This document shows, in pieces, positions 18,945 to 28,230 of a stretch of DNA of 64,000 bases. The notes below the pieces were generated by a model that did not search any database, was not told the DNA's origin, and saw only the letters and a program-made list of their open reading frames with translations. The first letter of the stretch is position 1, and each line of letters starts with the position of its first letter. The translations under genes were made by a program, and so were the position numbers. Source of the DNA: an uncultured Bdellovibrionales bacterium (GTDB taxonomy: Bacteria > Patescibacteriota > Minisyncoccia > Moranbacterales > UBA2206); contig CAZWRY010000002.1 in the NCBI GenBank assembly GCA_964636505.1, positions 17,248 through 81,247 on the forward strand. The letters run 5' to 3'.

Positions 18945-19919
18945 TTATTCCATCAGGACTAGGATCTTCCCCCTGATTTCAGCCTTTTTGGCCTCCATAA
19001 CGGAGAGGAATTTTTGGGCCGCCGCTAGCTCATCCTCCAGCCTCCGAACATTTTCGGCCAGGTTTTTTGTCTCGGTCTGAAACTCTACATATTCAGCCGA
19101 AAGAACTTCCAATTCCGTCTTGGCCGGTTCTTTTTGCTCGGAATTAAGACTGGGTATCTCCGCTTTTTTCTGTTCCTGATCCGAATGTCCAGCTTGTATA
19201 TCTTTTTGTAAGCCAAGAAGTTTTTGTCCCTTCTCAGCCAAAGAGAAATAAACTTTTATACGAGAAGTGGACGCCACTTTCTCAATATATCTCTCCTTTT
19301 CCAAAAATTTCACAGCCTGGGTTTCTGAACACTTGATACCCAGAGAAACAATAGTCTTCTTCAGCTGGCTCTGAAGAATCCTGCCGAACTCCGCCATCTG
19401 GACCTCCAGGAGAATAACCTTTATAGTTTCTTCGTCCAGAACATCGGCCACTATCCTCCGCGTAAAAAGCAGAGGGGCTTCTGTTAGGGCTGGAATTCCA
19501 GATGCAACTCTGCCCGCATTGTTTGCTCTCATCTTTTCTTGTCCCCTTTCTCCTTTTTTTATTTTATTTTTCTTTTCGTTCCGAAGATTAAATTCAACTT
19601 CGGCCTTTTTTAACAGATTAAAGAAGCTTTGTTCTTTTTCCGTATAGCCTTCCGGACGGAAAAAGAAGCAGTTAAACCGAGTCCCATTATCTCCCGGCTT
19701 CACTGCCACAACAACTGACCCTCTCTTGGGGTCTATTCTTTTAACTTCCAGCGGGCAGCAATGGGCAGAGCCTTTGATTTGCTCACCCAGATGAATATTT
19801 AATTCATAATCTTTTCTGTCAAACTGGACCAGTTCGAGGAACTCCTCAAGCAATTTCAACATTCCTTTCGGAATGTCTGTTGAGTGGGGTCCCTTCTTTA
19901 TACAAACTCTTTTTACCAT
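18945..19919 (-). CDS. Hypothetical protein: Cys-containing N-terminal domain, central winged-helix-like segment, C-terminal coiled coil. GC-richer than its neighbours.
   Basis: 324 aa; segment AEFGRILQSQLKKTIVSLGIKCSETQAVKFLEKERYIEKV...YFSLAEKG resembles a MarR/ArsR-type wHTH; heptad-rich tail; about 47% GC against about 35% in flanking genes. Confidence 0.5.
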   Translation of the reverse strand: MVKRVCIKKGPHSTDIPKGMLKLLEEFLELVQFDRKDYELNIHLGEQIKGSAHCCPLEVKRIDPKRGSVVVAVKPGDNGTRFNCFFFRPEGYTEKEQSFFNLLKKAEVEFNLRNEKKNKIKKGERGQEKMRANNAGRVASGIPALTEAPLLFTRRIVADVLDEETIKVILLEVQMAEFGRILQSQLKKTIVSLGIKCSETQAVKFLEKERYIEKVASTSRIKVYFSLAEKGQKLLGLQKDIQAGHSDQEQKKAEIPSLNSEQKEPAKTELEVLSAEYVEFQTETKNLAENVRRLEDELAAAQKFLSVMEAKKAEIRGKILVLME

Positions 19920-20058
19920 CCCTCGCTTCCTCCTTTCTCCTTTGAGTATTTTGTTGTTCAGGTACAGCTTGAAAATTTAGCATAAATTGGCTAAAAAGTC
20001 AAGAAAAAAGCCCTGAGCATTTCTGTCTAGGGCTCTAAAAAGTCTTTATTTAAAGGTT

Positions 20059-21015
20059 TTATTGGCAACTGCCACCTTGTGTTGTGGTGGTTGCCGAACT
20101 TAAAACCTTGGCACATTCGGCTGGAGCTTTGTTGAAAGCACTGCAAATGGCTTTTTTGTAGCCTTCTGAATCGCCATAGGAATATACGACATTTGATAAA
20201 ACCTCGTTAATTAAAAATGTTGGCGAGCCATTGGCTCCCGCCGCATTTGAAACTTTTTCGTTTTCTTTCATAAGAGTAACGCCTTGAGAGGATACACAAC
20301 TATTAACCGCAGCTACACTCAGGCCAGCATTTTTAATTCCGGCCTCCCAACAAGATCCATCGCTACTACAATTTTTGTTTATATAAGACACAAATGTAAA
20401 CCATTTATCTTTGCCATAGGTTTTTAAAACACAAGCTTCTCTTTCATTTTGAGCCACTTCCTTATCGCCATGCAAAGATCGAATGGCATCACCTTCAGAA
20501 TTTACAATATAGTGAAAATTGAAATTAACTTTATTCTTTAATAAATCATAAACGGGCTTTAATGTGTCTTCGGCTTTATTGCCAAAAGGACAAAAACTCA
20601 TTGTATATAGGTCAACTGTCGGCTTGTCATTTTTCGGAATTTCCATATTGGCTTTCTGCGCTGCCGCTTGTTGCTGGTTTTTCATCTCCTGAATTTTTTT
20701 CTTAATTTCATCAATATTAATTGCTTCCGGAAAAAATAATTTTCCGTCTTTGGTTGCATAGGATTCAACTTCTTGTTGCCCGTCATTCAAACTGATAGCT
20801 ATTTTATATATTCCGTTTTCCGAAACAACCTTTTTAATTTCGGCTTTCATTCCAGCTTGCAACAAGTTTTCATTGATAAAAGACTCCATGTTAACTTTGA
20901 CTTCTTCAGGACTCATCTGTAAAGAACTTCCTTTGATGGTAAGTAACGGACGACTGCAACCGGTAACAACGATCGCAGCCAGAGCTACAAATATCAATAT
21001 GCCTGTTTTTTTCAT
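20059..21015 (-). CDS. Lipoprotein of unknown function.
   Basis: 318 aa; signal peptide with lipobox VVTGC|S. Confidence 0.6.
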   Translation of the reverse strand: MKKTGILIFVALAAIVVTGCSRPLLTIKGSSLQMSPEEVKVNMESFINENLLQAGMKAEIKKVVSENGIYKIAISLNDGQQEVESYATKDGKLFFPEAINIDEIKKKIQEMKNQQQAAAQKANMEIPKNDKPTVDLYTMSFCPFGNKAEDTLKPVYDLLKNKVNFNFHYIVNSEGDAIRSLHGDKEVAQNEREACVLKTYGKDKWFTFVSYINKNCSSDGSCWEAGIKNAGLSVAAVNSCVSSQGVTLMKENEKVSNAAGANGSPTFLINEVLSNVVYSYGDSEGYKKAICSAFNKAPAECAKVLSSATTTTQGGSCQ

Positions 21016-21090
21016 GTTTTTTGCTATAATTTATTAATTAAGATTTGGCTTTTTCTATTTTAGGCTAAATAGAAAATTAAGGCAAACACA

Positions 21091-23142
21091 TCATTTTACC
21101 TTCAATTTTCGTAACTCGGAGATTTCATCGCGAATAATAGCCGCACTTTCAAACTGAAGACTGCGAGCCGCTTCTTTCATATCCTTTTCTCTTTGCTTAA
21201 TATACCCCGCAATGTTTTCCAGGCTTTCCAAATTGACAAATTCTTTGGAAATTTCCGGTTTGATTTCATGATCCACAATAGATTGAATTTTTTTCTGAAT
21301 AGTCTGAGGAGTAATGTGATGCTTTTTATTATACTCAGCTTGAATTTTTCTTCGGCGATTGGTTTCATCAATCGCTCGCTTCATTGAACCGGTAATTTGA
21401 TCGGCATACAAAATAACCCGCCCGGAAACATTTCTGGCCGCACGTCCGATTGTTTGAATAAGTGAAGTTTCACTGCGCAAAAATCCTTCCTTATCCGCAT
21501 CCAAAACCGCTACTAATTTAACTTCCGGCAAATCCAGTCCTTCACGCAATAAGTTTACTCCAACCAGAACATCAATTTCCCCCCGACGCAATTTTTCCAA
21601 AATTCTGACCCGATCCAAGGTTTCCACATTAGAATGCAAATATTCCGCTTTGATTTTATTTTCCTTTAAGAAATCGGATAAATCTTCGGCCATTTTTTTG
21701 GTAAGCGTCGTAATTAAAACTCGACCATTATCCTCCACTACTTTTCCAATTTCAATTAAAACATCTTTGACTTGTCCTTGGGTTGATTTTATCGCGAGCT
21801 CAGGATCAATGAGACCTGTTGGACGAATAACTTGCTCCACAATACCGTATTTTGCATCTTGCCTACCGGCGAGACAGATATTTTTTAATTTGTTTTTAAT
21901 TTGCGATTTGGAATTTATTTGGAATTTAGAATTTAGAATTTGTGATTTGATATATTCATACGGCCCAGGTGTCGCTGAAGTAAAAATTACCTGGTTTGTT
22001 TTTTCTTCAAATTCAGAAAATCTGAGCGGACGATTTTCATAGGCACTGGGCAAACGAAAACCATTATCAATCAAAGCGGTCTTGCGAGCCCGATCACCAT
22101 TAAACATGGCATTCAGCTGCGGCACGGTCACATGCGATTCATCAATGACCAAAAGATAGTCTTTATTAAAGTAATCCATCAATGTATATGGCGGTTCGCC
22201 TTTTTTTCTTTCAGTCAAATACAAAGAATAATTTTCAATACCATTGCAATAGCCGACTTCGCGCATCATTTCAATGTCCTGCTTGGTTCTTCTTTTCAAT
22301 CTTTCCGCTTCCAATAATTTATTTTCTTTTTTCAAATAAGCGACTCTGCCTCGCATCTCTATCTCTATCCTTTTTAATGCTTCTTCCATCAAGCCTTCAG
22401 GAACCACAAAATGTTTGGCTGGATAAATCAAAGTTTGTTTCAAGGTTCCCAGCTCTTCACCGGTCAAAAAATCATATTCCACAATTTTCTTTACCCTGCC
22501 CTTTTCAGCATTAATTCTGGTCACAATTTCGCGATCTGTCGGCATAATTTCCAATGTTTCACCGGTAAGTCTGAATTTGCCGCGGCTAAGCAATTCGCTT
22601 CTTTGAAACTGCATATCAATCAACTCTTTTATTTTTTCTTCTCGTTTGAATTCTTCGCCCACTTTTACTTCAAAACTGATATCCCGATAAAAATCCGGCG
22701 AACCCAAACCATAGATACAAGAAACAGAAGCCACAATAATCACATCACTCCGTGAAAGCAAGGCGGAAGTTGAAGCATGGCGCAAACGATCAATTTCATC
22801 ATTAATCTGCGCCTCTTTTTCAATATATGTGTCCGAAGAAGCGATGTAGGCTTCCGGCTGATAATAGTCATAGTAAGAAACAAAATATTCCACCGCATTC
22901 TTGGGAAAAAACACGCGAAATTCTTGCGCCAATTGGGCTGCCAAAGTTTTGTTGGGCGCAATCACCAAGGTTGGTTTTTGTACTTTTTCAATGACATTGG
23001 CAATTGTGAAAGTTTTACCCGATCCCGTCACACCCAAAAGCGTCTGGAATTTTTGTCCCTTTTTGAGTCCTTCCGTCAGCTTTTTAATCGCCTCTGGCTG
23101 ACTTCCGGCCGGTTTAAATTTTTTATTCAGAATAAATTTCAT
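21091..23142 (-). CDS. uvrB: Excinuclease ABC subunit B (UvrB) carrying an in-frame insertion of about 28 aa.
   Basis: 683 aa; helicase motifs (GVTGSGKT, DESH), beta-hairpin region, C-terminal UVR domain (FESAAIIRDEI). The insertion YIKSQILNSKFQINSKSQIKNKLKNICLAGRQDAKYG lies between ...SATPGPYE and IVEQVIRPTGL. Confidence 0.92.
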   Translation of the reverse strand: MKFILNKKFKPAGSQPEAIKKLTEGLKKGQKFQTLLGVTGSGKTFTIANVIEKVQKPTLVIAPNKTLAAQLAQEFRVFFPKNAVEYFVSYYDYYQPEAYIASSDTYIEKEAQINDEIDRLRHASTSALLSRSDVIIVASVSCIYGLGSPDFYRDISFEVKVGEEFKREEKIKELIDMQFQRSELLSRGKFRLTGETLEIMPTDREIVTRINAEKGRVKKIVEYDFLTGEELGTLKQTLIYPAKHFVVPEGLMEEALKRIEIEMRGRVAYLKKENKLLEAERLKRRTKQDIEMMREVGYCNGIENYSLYLTERKKGEPPYTLMDYFNKDYLLVIDESHVTVPQLNAMFNGDRARKTALIDNGFRLPSAYENRPLRFSEFEEKTNQVIFTSATPGPYEYIKSQILNSKFQINSKSQIKNKLKNICLAGRQDAKYGIVEQVIRPTGLIDPELAIKSTQGQVKDVLIEIGKVVEDNGRVLITTLTKKMAEDLSDFLKENKIKAEYLHSNVETLDRVRILEKLRRGEIDVLVGVNLLREGLDLPEVKLVAVLDADKEGFLRSETSLIQTIGRAARNVSGRVILYADQITGSMKRAIDETNRRRKIQAEYNKKHHITPQTIQKKIQSIVDHEIKPEISKEFVNLESLENIAGYIKQREKDMKEAARSLQFESAAIIRDEISELRKLKVK
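21845..21952. repeat. Miniature heptamer-repeat element inside uvrB, in frame: a GC-rich segment plus a GGAATTT / AGAATTT tandem array.
   Basis: GATTTGGAATTTATTTGGAATTTAGAATTTAGAATTTGTGATTTG plus GCCTACCGGCGAGACAG; the encoded ICLAGRQ parallels LCPAGKQ encoded by the uvrC element. Confidence 0.65.
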
Positions 23143-23333
23143 TGCTATATTTTATTTAGAACAGAACTTACACGTTTGACAATAAAAATCTGTCTCGGAG
23201 GCGTGAATTTGAAATTGATTGTTTCATGCCGTAGCACAGATTTTTAGGGGCAAACATGTGAGTTCTTTGGAATTTGATTTTATTAAAAATAAAATTCATA
23301 TTTTATTTGATAACCAATAATACTCCAAAGAAA

Positions 23334-23363
23334 CAAAAAAATCCAGGTTCACTGGATTTTTTG
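23334..23363 (-). terminator. Rho-independent terminator downstream of the mannose-1-P guanylyltransferase gene (bidirectional).
   Basis: Stem ATCCAG / CTGGAT, loop GTTCA, flanked by A7 and T6 runs. Confidence 0.6.
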
Positions 23364-23366
23364 TTT

Positions 23367-24407
23367 CTACAAATATTTTTCCAAACCCTTTTCTCTCATA
23401 TCTTTTACCAGATCTGAGATTTGGACTACTTTGTCTTTTGGAACCACTACAATCGCATCTTTGGTGTTGACCACTACCATGCCCTCCAGGCCAACAGTCG
23501 CCACGATTTTTTCATTTTCCAAATTATAGACCAAGGAATCTTTAGTTTTAAAATCAACCACATTGCCCATGACCACATTATCCTCTATCTTTTTAGCCAG
23601 CGCTTCTTTCAGAGCATAGAGTGTCCCCGGATCGCTCCAGCCCATATCCGTCTTTAAAATCACCGCGCTGGAAAGATCCACTTTTTCAATAATAGCATTA
23701 TCAAAAGATATTTTGGGCGCTTCTTCATAATTTCCTTGCGTAACTTTCCCGTAAACTTCCGGCGCCAATTTTTGATAACATTCTGTCAGAAATGAAACAG
23801 AGGTTATAAAATATCCCGGATTCCAAAAATATTCTCCCGAGGAAAAAATTTCATTGCAAACTTCTTGCTCCGGCTTGTATTTCCAACCCAAAAAAGAATA
23901 GAATTCTCTGCCCCCGATTTCTCCCGCTTTCTTTCCCAATTTCATCCAGCCCAAATTATTATTGGCAAATCTTGGTTTTTCAGCAATAAAAATAAATCTG
24001 TTTGGATTTTGCTCAATTAGTTTTTCTCCCGATTGAAGTGCCTTTTGAAATTCTTCCACTTTGTCCATTAAATGGTCCGCCCAAACAATAGCCATAGCTC
24101 CGAAATATCCCAATCCAGAAAGTTTATTGAGAGCAAAACAAACAGCTGGCCCAACATCGCGCCTGGCTGGTTCCAAAAAAATATTTTCTGCCGGCAACTC
24201 TGGCAATTGAGACTTGATATTTTCGGCATATTTTTCATTTGTCTGCACATAAATATTTTCAGCGCCAAAAACAGGCGCCACCCTTTCAAAAGCTAATTGG
24301 ATAGTAGACTTTCCATTAAAAATTTTATCAAATTGTTTTGGCGAATTTTCTCGGCTTATCGGCCAAAGCCTGGTCCCCGCCCCGCCAGCAAAAATTATAA
24401 TCTTCAT
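23367..24407 (-). CDS. Mannose-1-phosphate guanylyltransferase (GDP-mannose pyrophosphorylase).
   Basis: 346 aa; N-terminal IIFAGGAGTRLWPISR nucleotidyl-transferase signature. Confidence 0.8.
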   Translation of the reverse strand: MKIIIFAGGAGTRLWPISRENSPKQFDKIFNGKSTIQLAFERVAPVFGAENIYVQTNEKYAENIKSQLPELPAENIFLEPARRDVGPAVCFALNKLSGLGYFGAMAIVWADHLMDKVEEFQKALQSGEKLIEQNPNRFIFIAEKPRFANNNLGWMKLGKKAGEIGGREFYSFLGWKYKPEQEVCNEIFSSGEYFWNPGYFITSVSFLTECYQKLAPEVYGKVTQGNYEEAPKISFDNAIIEKVDLSSAVILKTDMGWSDPGTLYALKEALAKKIEDNVVMGNVVDFKTKDSLVYNLENEKIVATVGLEGMVVVNTKDAIVVVPKDKVVQISDLVKDMREKGLEKYL

Positions 24408-24743
24408 AGACTTTATGACTTTAGACTTGTTATCTTATGTTATAATTAAAACATAATGAACAAGAAATTAAAAGCCGAAAAACGCGAAGCCAAAAAGAAG
24501 CCTAAAATGAAAATTTCCGGCCGGAGTGTTTTTGGTTTAAAAGCAATTATCATCAAAAAGGCTAGAAAAACATCCCGACAGTAAGTTTAGTCGTATATAA
24601 TTTTAGAGGCTTATTGCAAAAAGTATAAATAGAGTTTTATTCATATCAATTCGGCTCTAAAATTATATGCAACTAAGCTTGCCTCTTGCTAATTGGAGTC
24701 AATTGACTAAATAACCTAGATATGCTAAGCTGGGATAAGTTAT

Positions 24744-25103
24744 ATGAGCATAATAATCCGAATTTTGGCTAATTCACTGGCTATTTTGATAGCCGCAAGA
24801 CTTATTCCAGGGTTCGTTTTCTCGGGTGATATTTTGAATTTACTTATCGCCGGAGCAGTTATCGGGCTCATAAATTCCATTGTAAAACCAGTCTTACAGA
24901 TTCTTTCTTTTCCGATCATTCTCCTGACCCTAGGACTTTTTAACCTGTTAATTAACATTTTTCTTCTGTTTCTGGCAGCCAGATTTTTGCCGGATCTCCA
25001 TATTCAAACTTTCTGGGCCGCTTTCTGGGGAGTTATCATTATCAGTTTCACTAACTACCTCATTTCATATTTGAGTAAACCAAGGAAAACTGATGAGACT
25101 TAA
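24744..25103 (+). CDS. DUF360 / phage-holin-4-like small membrane protein.
   Basis: 119 aa; four predicted TM helices; MSIIIRILANSLAILIAARLIPG N-terminus typical of the family. Confidence 0.55.
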   Translation: MSIIIRILANSLAILIAARLIPGFVFSGDILNLLIAGAVIGLINSIVKPVLQILSFPIILLTLGLFNLLINIFLLFLAARFLPDLHIQTFWAAFWGVIIISFTNYLISYLSKPRKTDET

Positions 25104-25123
25104 CCTATTAAACTAACGCTAAA

Positions 25124-25360
25124 ATGCTGCGAATTTTAAATATAATAGAAATAATTGTGGCCATTGTTCTGACCATTTCCATTCTCTTGCAAAACAGAGG
25201 TGCCGGACTAAGCGGAACATTCGGAGGAGATTTTGGTGGATATTATAGTAAAAGAGGGTTTGAGAAATTTCTGGTTTCTTTTTCTATTCTTCTTTCCATT
25301 TCCTTTATTCTTTTGGCTATAGCCAACTTTATTCTTTCAAGCAAAATCACTAATCAGTAA
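25124..25360 (+). CDS. secG: Preprotein translocase subunit SecG.
   Basis: 78 aa; two TM helices flanking LLQNRGAGLSGTFGGDFGG...KRGFEKFL. Confidence 0.7.
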   Translation: MLRILNIIEIIVAIVLTISILLQNRGAGLSGTFGGDFGGYYSKRGFEKFLVSFSILLSISFILLAIANFILSSKITNQ

Positions 25361-25468
25361 TTCAAGTATATTAGTAACGACACTTTTCAAAAATGGCCAA
25401 TTATAAATAAGTGGCCAAAAATACACAATATTCTAGATCTCAAAGAAAAGATTATCTTTTATTTTCTT

Positions 25469-27076
25469 TTGGTTATTCTTTTAATCTCTTTAGTGACTTG
25501 GGGAATTATTACTTACTACAACAAAACCAAAGCTATCCCAAAATACGGAGGAGAATATATCGAAGGCATTGTCGGACAACCTCAACACATTAATCCGGTT
25601 TTGTCTCTTTCTAATAATACCGACGATGATTTGTCTCAATTGATTTATAGCAGCTTAATGAAATATGACAGCACCGGCAATCTGACTAATGATGTGACCG
25701 ACAGTTATGATCTTTCCGATGACAAAACATTGTACACTTTTCGTTTGAAAAACAATGTTTTGTGGCATGATGGAGAAAAACTCACGGCCGAAGACATTGC
25801 TTTTACTCTAAGTTTAATCGTAGATCCTTCCTATAAAAGTCCTCTGCGTTACAATTGGCAAAGCGTAGAAACTAATATCGTAGACGAAAATACCATAACT
25901 TTCAAAATCAAAAGTCCACACGCCGGATTCTTGAATAATCTTACCTTTGGAATCTTGCCCAAGCACATTTGGGAAACAGTGGAAGCGGAAAAATTTCCTC
26001 TGACCAGCTTGAATCTTGAGCCAATCGGTTCAGGACCATACAAATATGGTTCCATCCAAAAAGACTCCAAAGGCAATATCATTTCCTATAAACTTTCTGT
26101 TAATCCAAATTATTACTTGGGCAAGCCCTATGTTTCTAAGATAACCTTTAATTTCTATGCCGACGATGATTCGGCTATTGTCGCCTACAACAAGAAAGAA
26201 ATTATGGGCATCAGCAGCCTGCCGACCGATAAAATTTCAGCTATCAAAAATGCCCGCAGCACGAATGTGCATAAGTCAAATCTGCCTCGATATTTTGCTA
26301 TTTTCTTTAATCAGGGCAAAAATGTTCCTTTGGGAAGTTCTGAAGTCCGGGAAGCTTTAAATTTAGCCACTGACAGACAAGAAATTTTGAATAAAGTTTT
26401 ATCAGGAAACGGTTATCCGATCTACACACCTATAACCAAAGGTATGTTAGGTTACGACGAAAATATCGGTAAAAAAGATTTCAATTTAGACAGGGCTAAT
26501 CAAATTTTAGATGAAGCCGAATGGAAGCGCGGTGATGATAGCATAAGATCAAAAAATAATACTGTTTTAGAAATAAATCTGGTTACCGCCAATTGGCTGG
26601 AACTTTCCGGAACAGCCGATATAATTAAAGCACAATGGGAAAAAATCGGCGCCAAAGTAAATGTAAGCGTGCTTTCAATTTCTGACATCCAGCAAAACCA
26701 TATCCGCACACGCGAATATGATGCTTTGCTTTTTGGACAATTCTTGGGAGGCGACTCTGATCCATATTTCTTCTGGCATTCATCTCAAGTTAAAGATCCG
26801 GGCTTGAATCTATCTTTGTTTGGAAAAGACGAAACGGATAAATTAATTGAACAAGGCAGAACTGAATTTGATAGGGAAAAAAGAGCTTCCATTTACCGTG
26901 ATTTTCAAGAAAAATTAATCGCTGTGAGTCCTGCCATATTTCTGTATAGTCCTTACTACATCTATCCAGTACGCGCTTCAGTCAAAGGCATTGATAATCA
27001 AAACTTAGTTTCACCTTCTTATCGTTTTTCTTTGATTAACAATTGGTTTATCAAGACCAAAAGAATTGGTAAATAA
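25469..27076 (+). CDS. ABC transporter substrate-binding protein, family 5 (peptide/nickel type). Apparent TTG start.
   Basis: 535 aa; N-terminal anchor; SBP_bac_5-like sequence (EGIVGQPQHINP..., LWHDGEKLTAEDIAFT...). Confidence 0.75.
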   Translation: MVILLISLVTWGIITYYNKTKAIPKYGGEYIEGIVGQPQHINPVLSLSNNTDDDLSQLIYSSLMKYDSTGNLTNDVTDSYDLSDDKTLYTFRLKNNVLWHDGEKLTAEDIAFTLSLIVDPSYKSPLRYNWQSVETNIVDENTITFKIKSPHAGFLNNLTFGILPKHIWETVEAEKFPLTSLNLEPIGSGPYKYGSIQKDSKGNIISYKLSVNPNYYLGKPYVSKITFNFYADDDSAIVAYNKKEIMGISSLPTDKISAIKNARSTNVHKSNLPRYFAIFFNQGKNVPLGSSEVREALNLATDRQEILNKVLSGNGYPIYTPITKGMLGYDENIGKKDFNLDRANQILDEAEWKRGDDSIRSKNNTVLEINLVTANWLELSGTADIIKAQWEKIGAKVNVSVLSISDIQQNHIRTREYDALLFGQFLGGDSDPYFFWHSSQVKDPGLNLSLFGKDETDKLIEQGRTEFDREKRASIYRDFQEKLIAVSPAIFLYSPYYIYPVRASVKGIDNQNLVSPSYRFSLINNWFIKTKRIGK

Positions 27077-27151
27077 TAGTCTTCTTTTTAAAAAAATTAT
27101 CTTTTCCCCTTGCTTGCTGCCCATCAGGTAAGCCGCGAGGCCAATAAAATT

Positions 27152-28165
27152 ATGGAAAAAACACATAACCAAATAGACAAAGAAAATCTGCGCCAAGTTA
27201 TTATTGACTTTCCCAAGCAGTTTGCAGAAGGTTTTGAATTAGCCCAAAATATCAAAATTAAAGGTAATTTTTCTTCTGTGATTGTTTCTGGCATGGGCGG
27301 CTCCGCTTTGCCCACCGAAACAGTAAAGCTCTATTTGGATGAAAATGCATCATACAAGAAAGATTTTAATCTTTTAGCCAACCGGACATATTCTTTGCCT
27401 AAAAACCATGACAAAAATTGTTTGTGCATTATTTCTTCTTTTTCCGGCAATACCGAAGAAACTTTGTCTTCTTTAAATGAAGCTATTAAGAAAAAGCTTC
27501 CTGTTGTCGGAATTGCCCACGGCGGAAAATTGATTGAAATCTGCAAAAAAAATAATATCCCCTGCATTGAACTGCCCTTCGTATCGCAGCCGCGCTATGC
27601 CACAGGATATTTCTTTGCCACCTTTCTTAAGGTATTGTCTAACTCAGGTCTGATCAGATTGGATGAGAAAAAAATAATCCAAGAAGCCCAGATTCTTGGA
27701 AAAGAAATTTTGAAAATTGAAAATAAAGGCAAAAGTCTGGCGCAAAAATTAGTCGGAAAAACCCCCCTTATTTATGCTGCCGATAAACTTAGAGCTGTGG
27801 CCATGATTTGGAAAATAAAAATAAATGAAAACGCCAAAACTCCGGCCTTCTATAATGTTTATCCGGAACTCAGCCACAATGAAATGGTCGGCTTTACTTT
27901 GCCACAAGGAAAATTTCATGTTCTGACTCTGATGGATAAAAATGAACATCCGCAAATCATAAAAAGAATGAAAATAACCGCCAAACTCTACAAACAAAAA
28001 GACATTGATACCTCTTTGATTGATATTGATAATTCAAGTGTTTTCAACTTAATTTTTAAGTCTCTCCTTTTAGGCGATTGGATTTCCTACTATCTGGCCT
28101 TGGAATACAAGCAAGACCCGACACCGGTAAAAATGGTTGAGGACTTGAAAGCCATGTTGGCTTAA
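27152..28165 (+). CDS. Bifunctional phosphoglucose/phosphomannose isomerase (SIS domain family). The ORF track starts at 27110; an ATG at 27152 is more likely.
   Basis: SIS motif VIVSGMGGSALPTE; archaeal-type PGI/PMI architecture. Confidence 0.7.
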   Translation: MEKTHNQIDKENLRQVIIDFPKQFAEGFELAQNIKIKGNFSSVIVSGMGGSALPTETVKLYLDENASYKKDFNLLANRTYSLPKNHDKNCLCIISSFSGNTEETLSSLNEAIKKKLPVVGIAHGGKLIEICKKNNIPCIELPFVSQPRYATGYFFATFLKVLSNSGLIRLDEKKIIQEAQILGKEILKIENKGKSLAQKLVGKTPLIYAADKLRAVAMIWKIKINENAKTPAFYNVYPELSHNEMVGFTLPQGKFHVLTLMDKNEHPQIIKRMKITAKLYKQKDIDTSLIDIDNSSVFNLIFKSLLLGDWISYYLALEYKQDPTPVKMVEDLKAMLA

Positions 28166-28230
28166 AAAACTTTATAAATATTAACTAACTAATTAACCTT
28201 AACATTCTTTGTTAAGTAACTTTTAATCTT

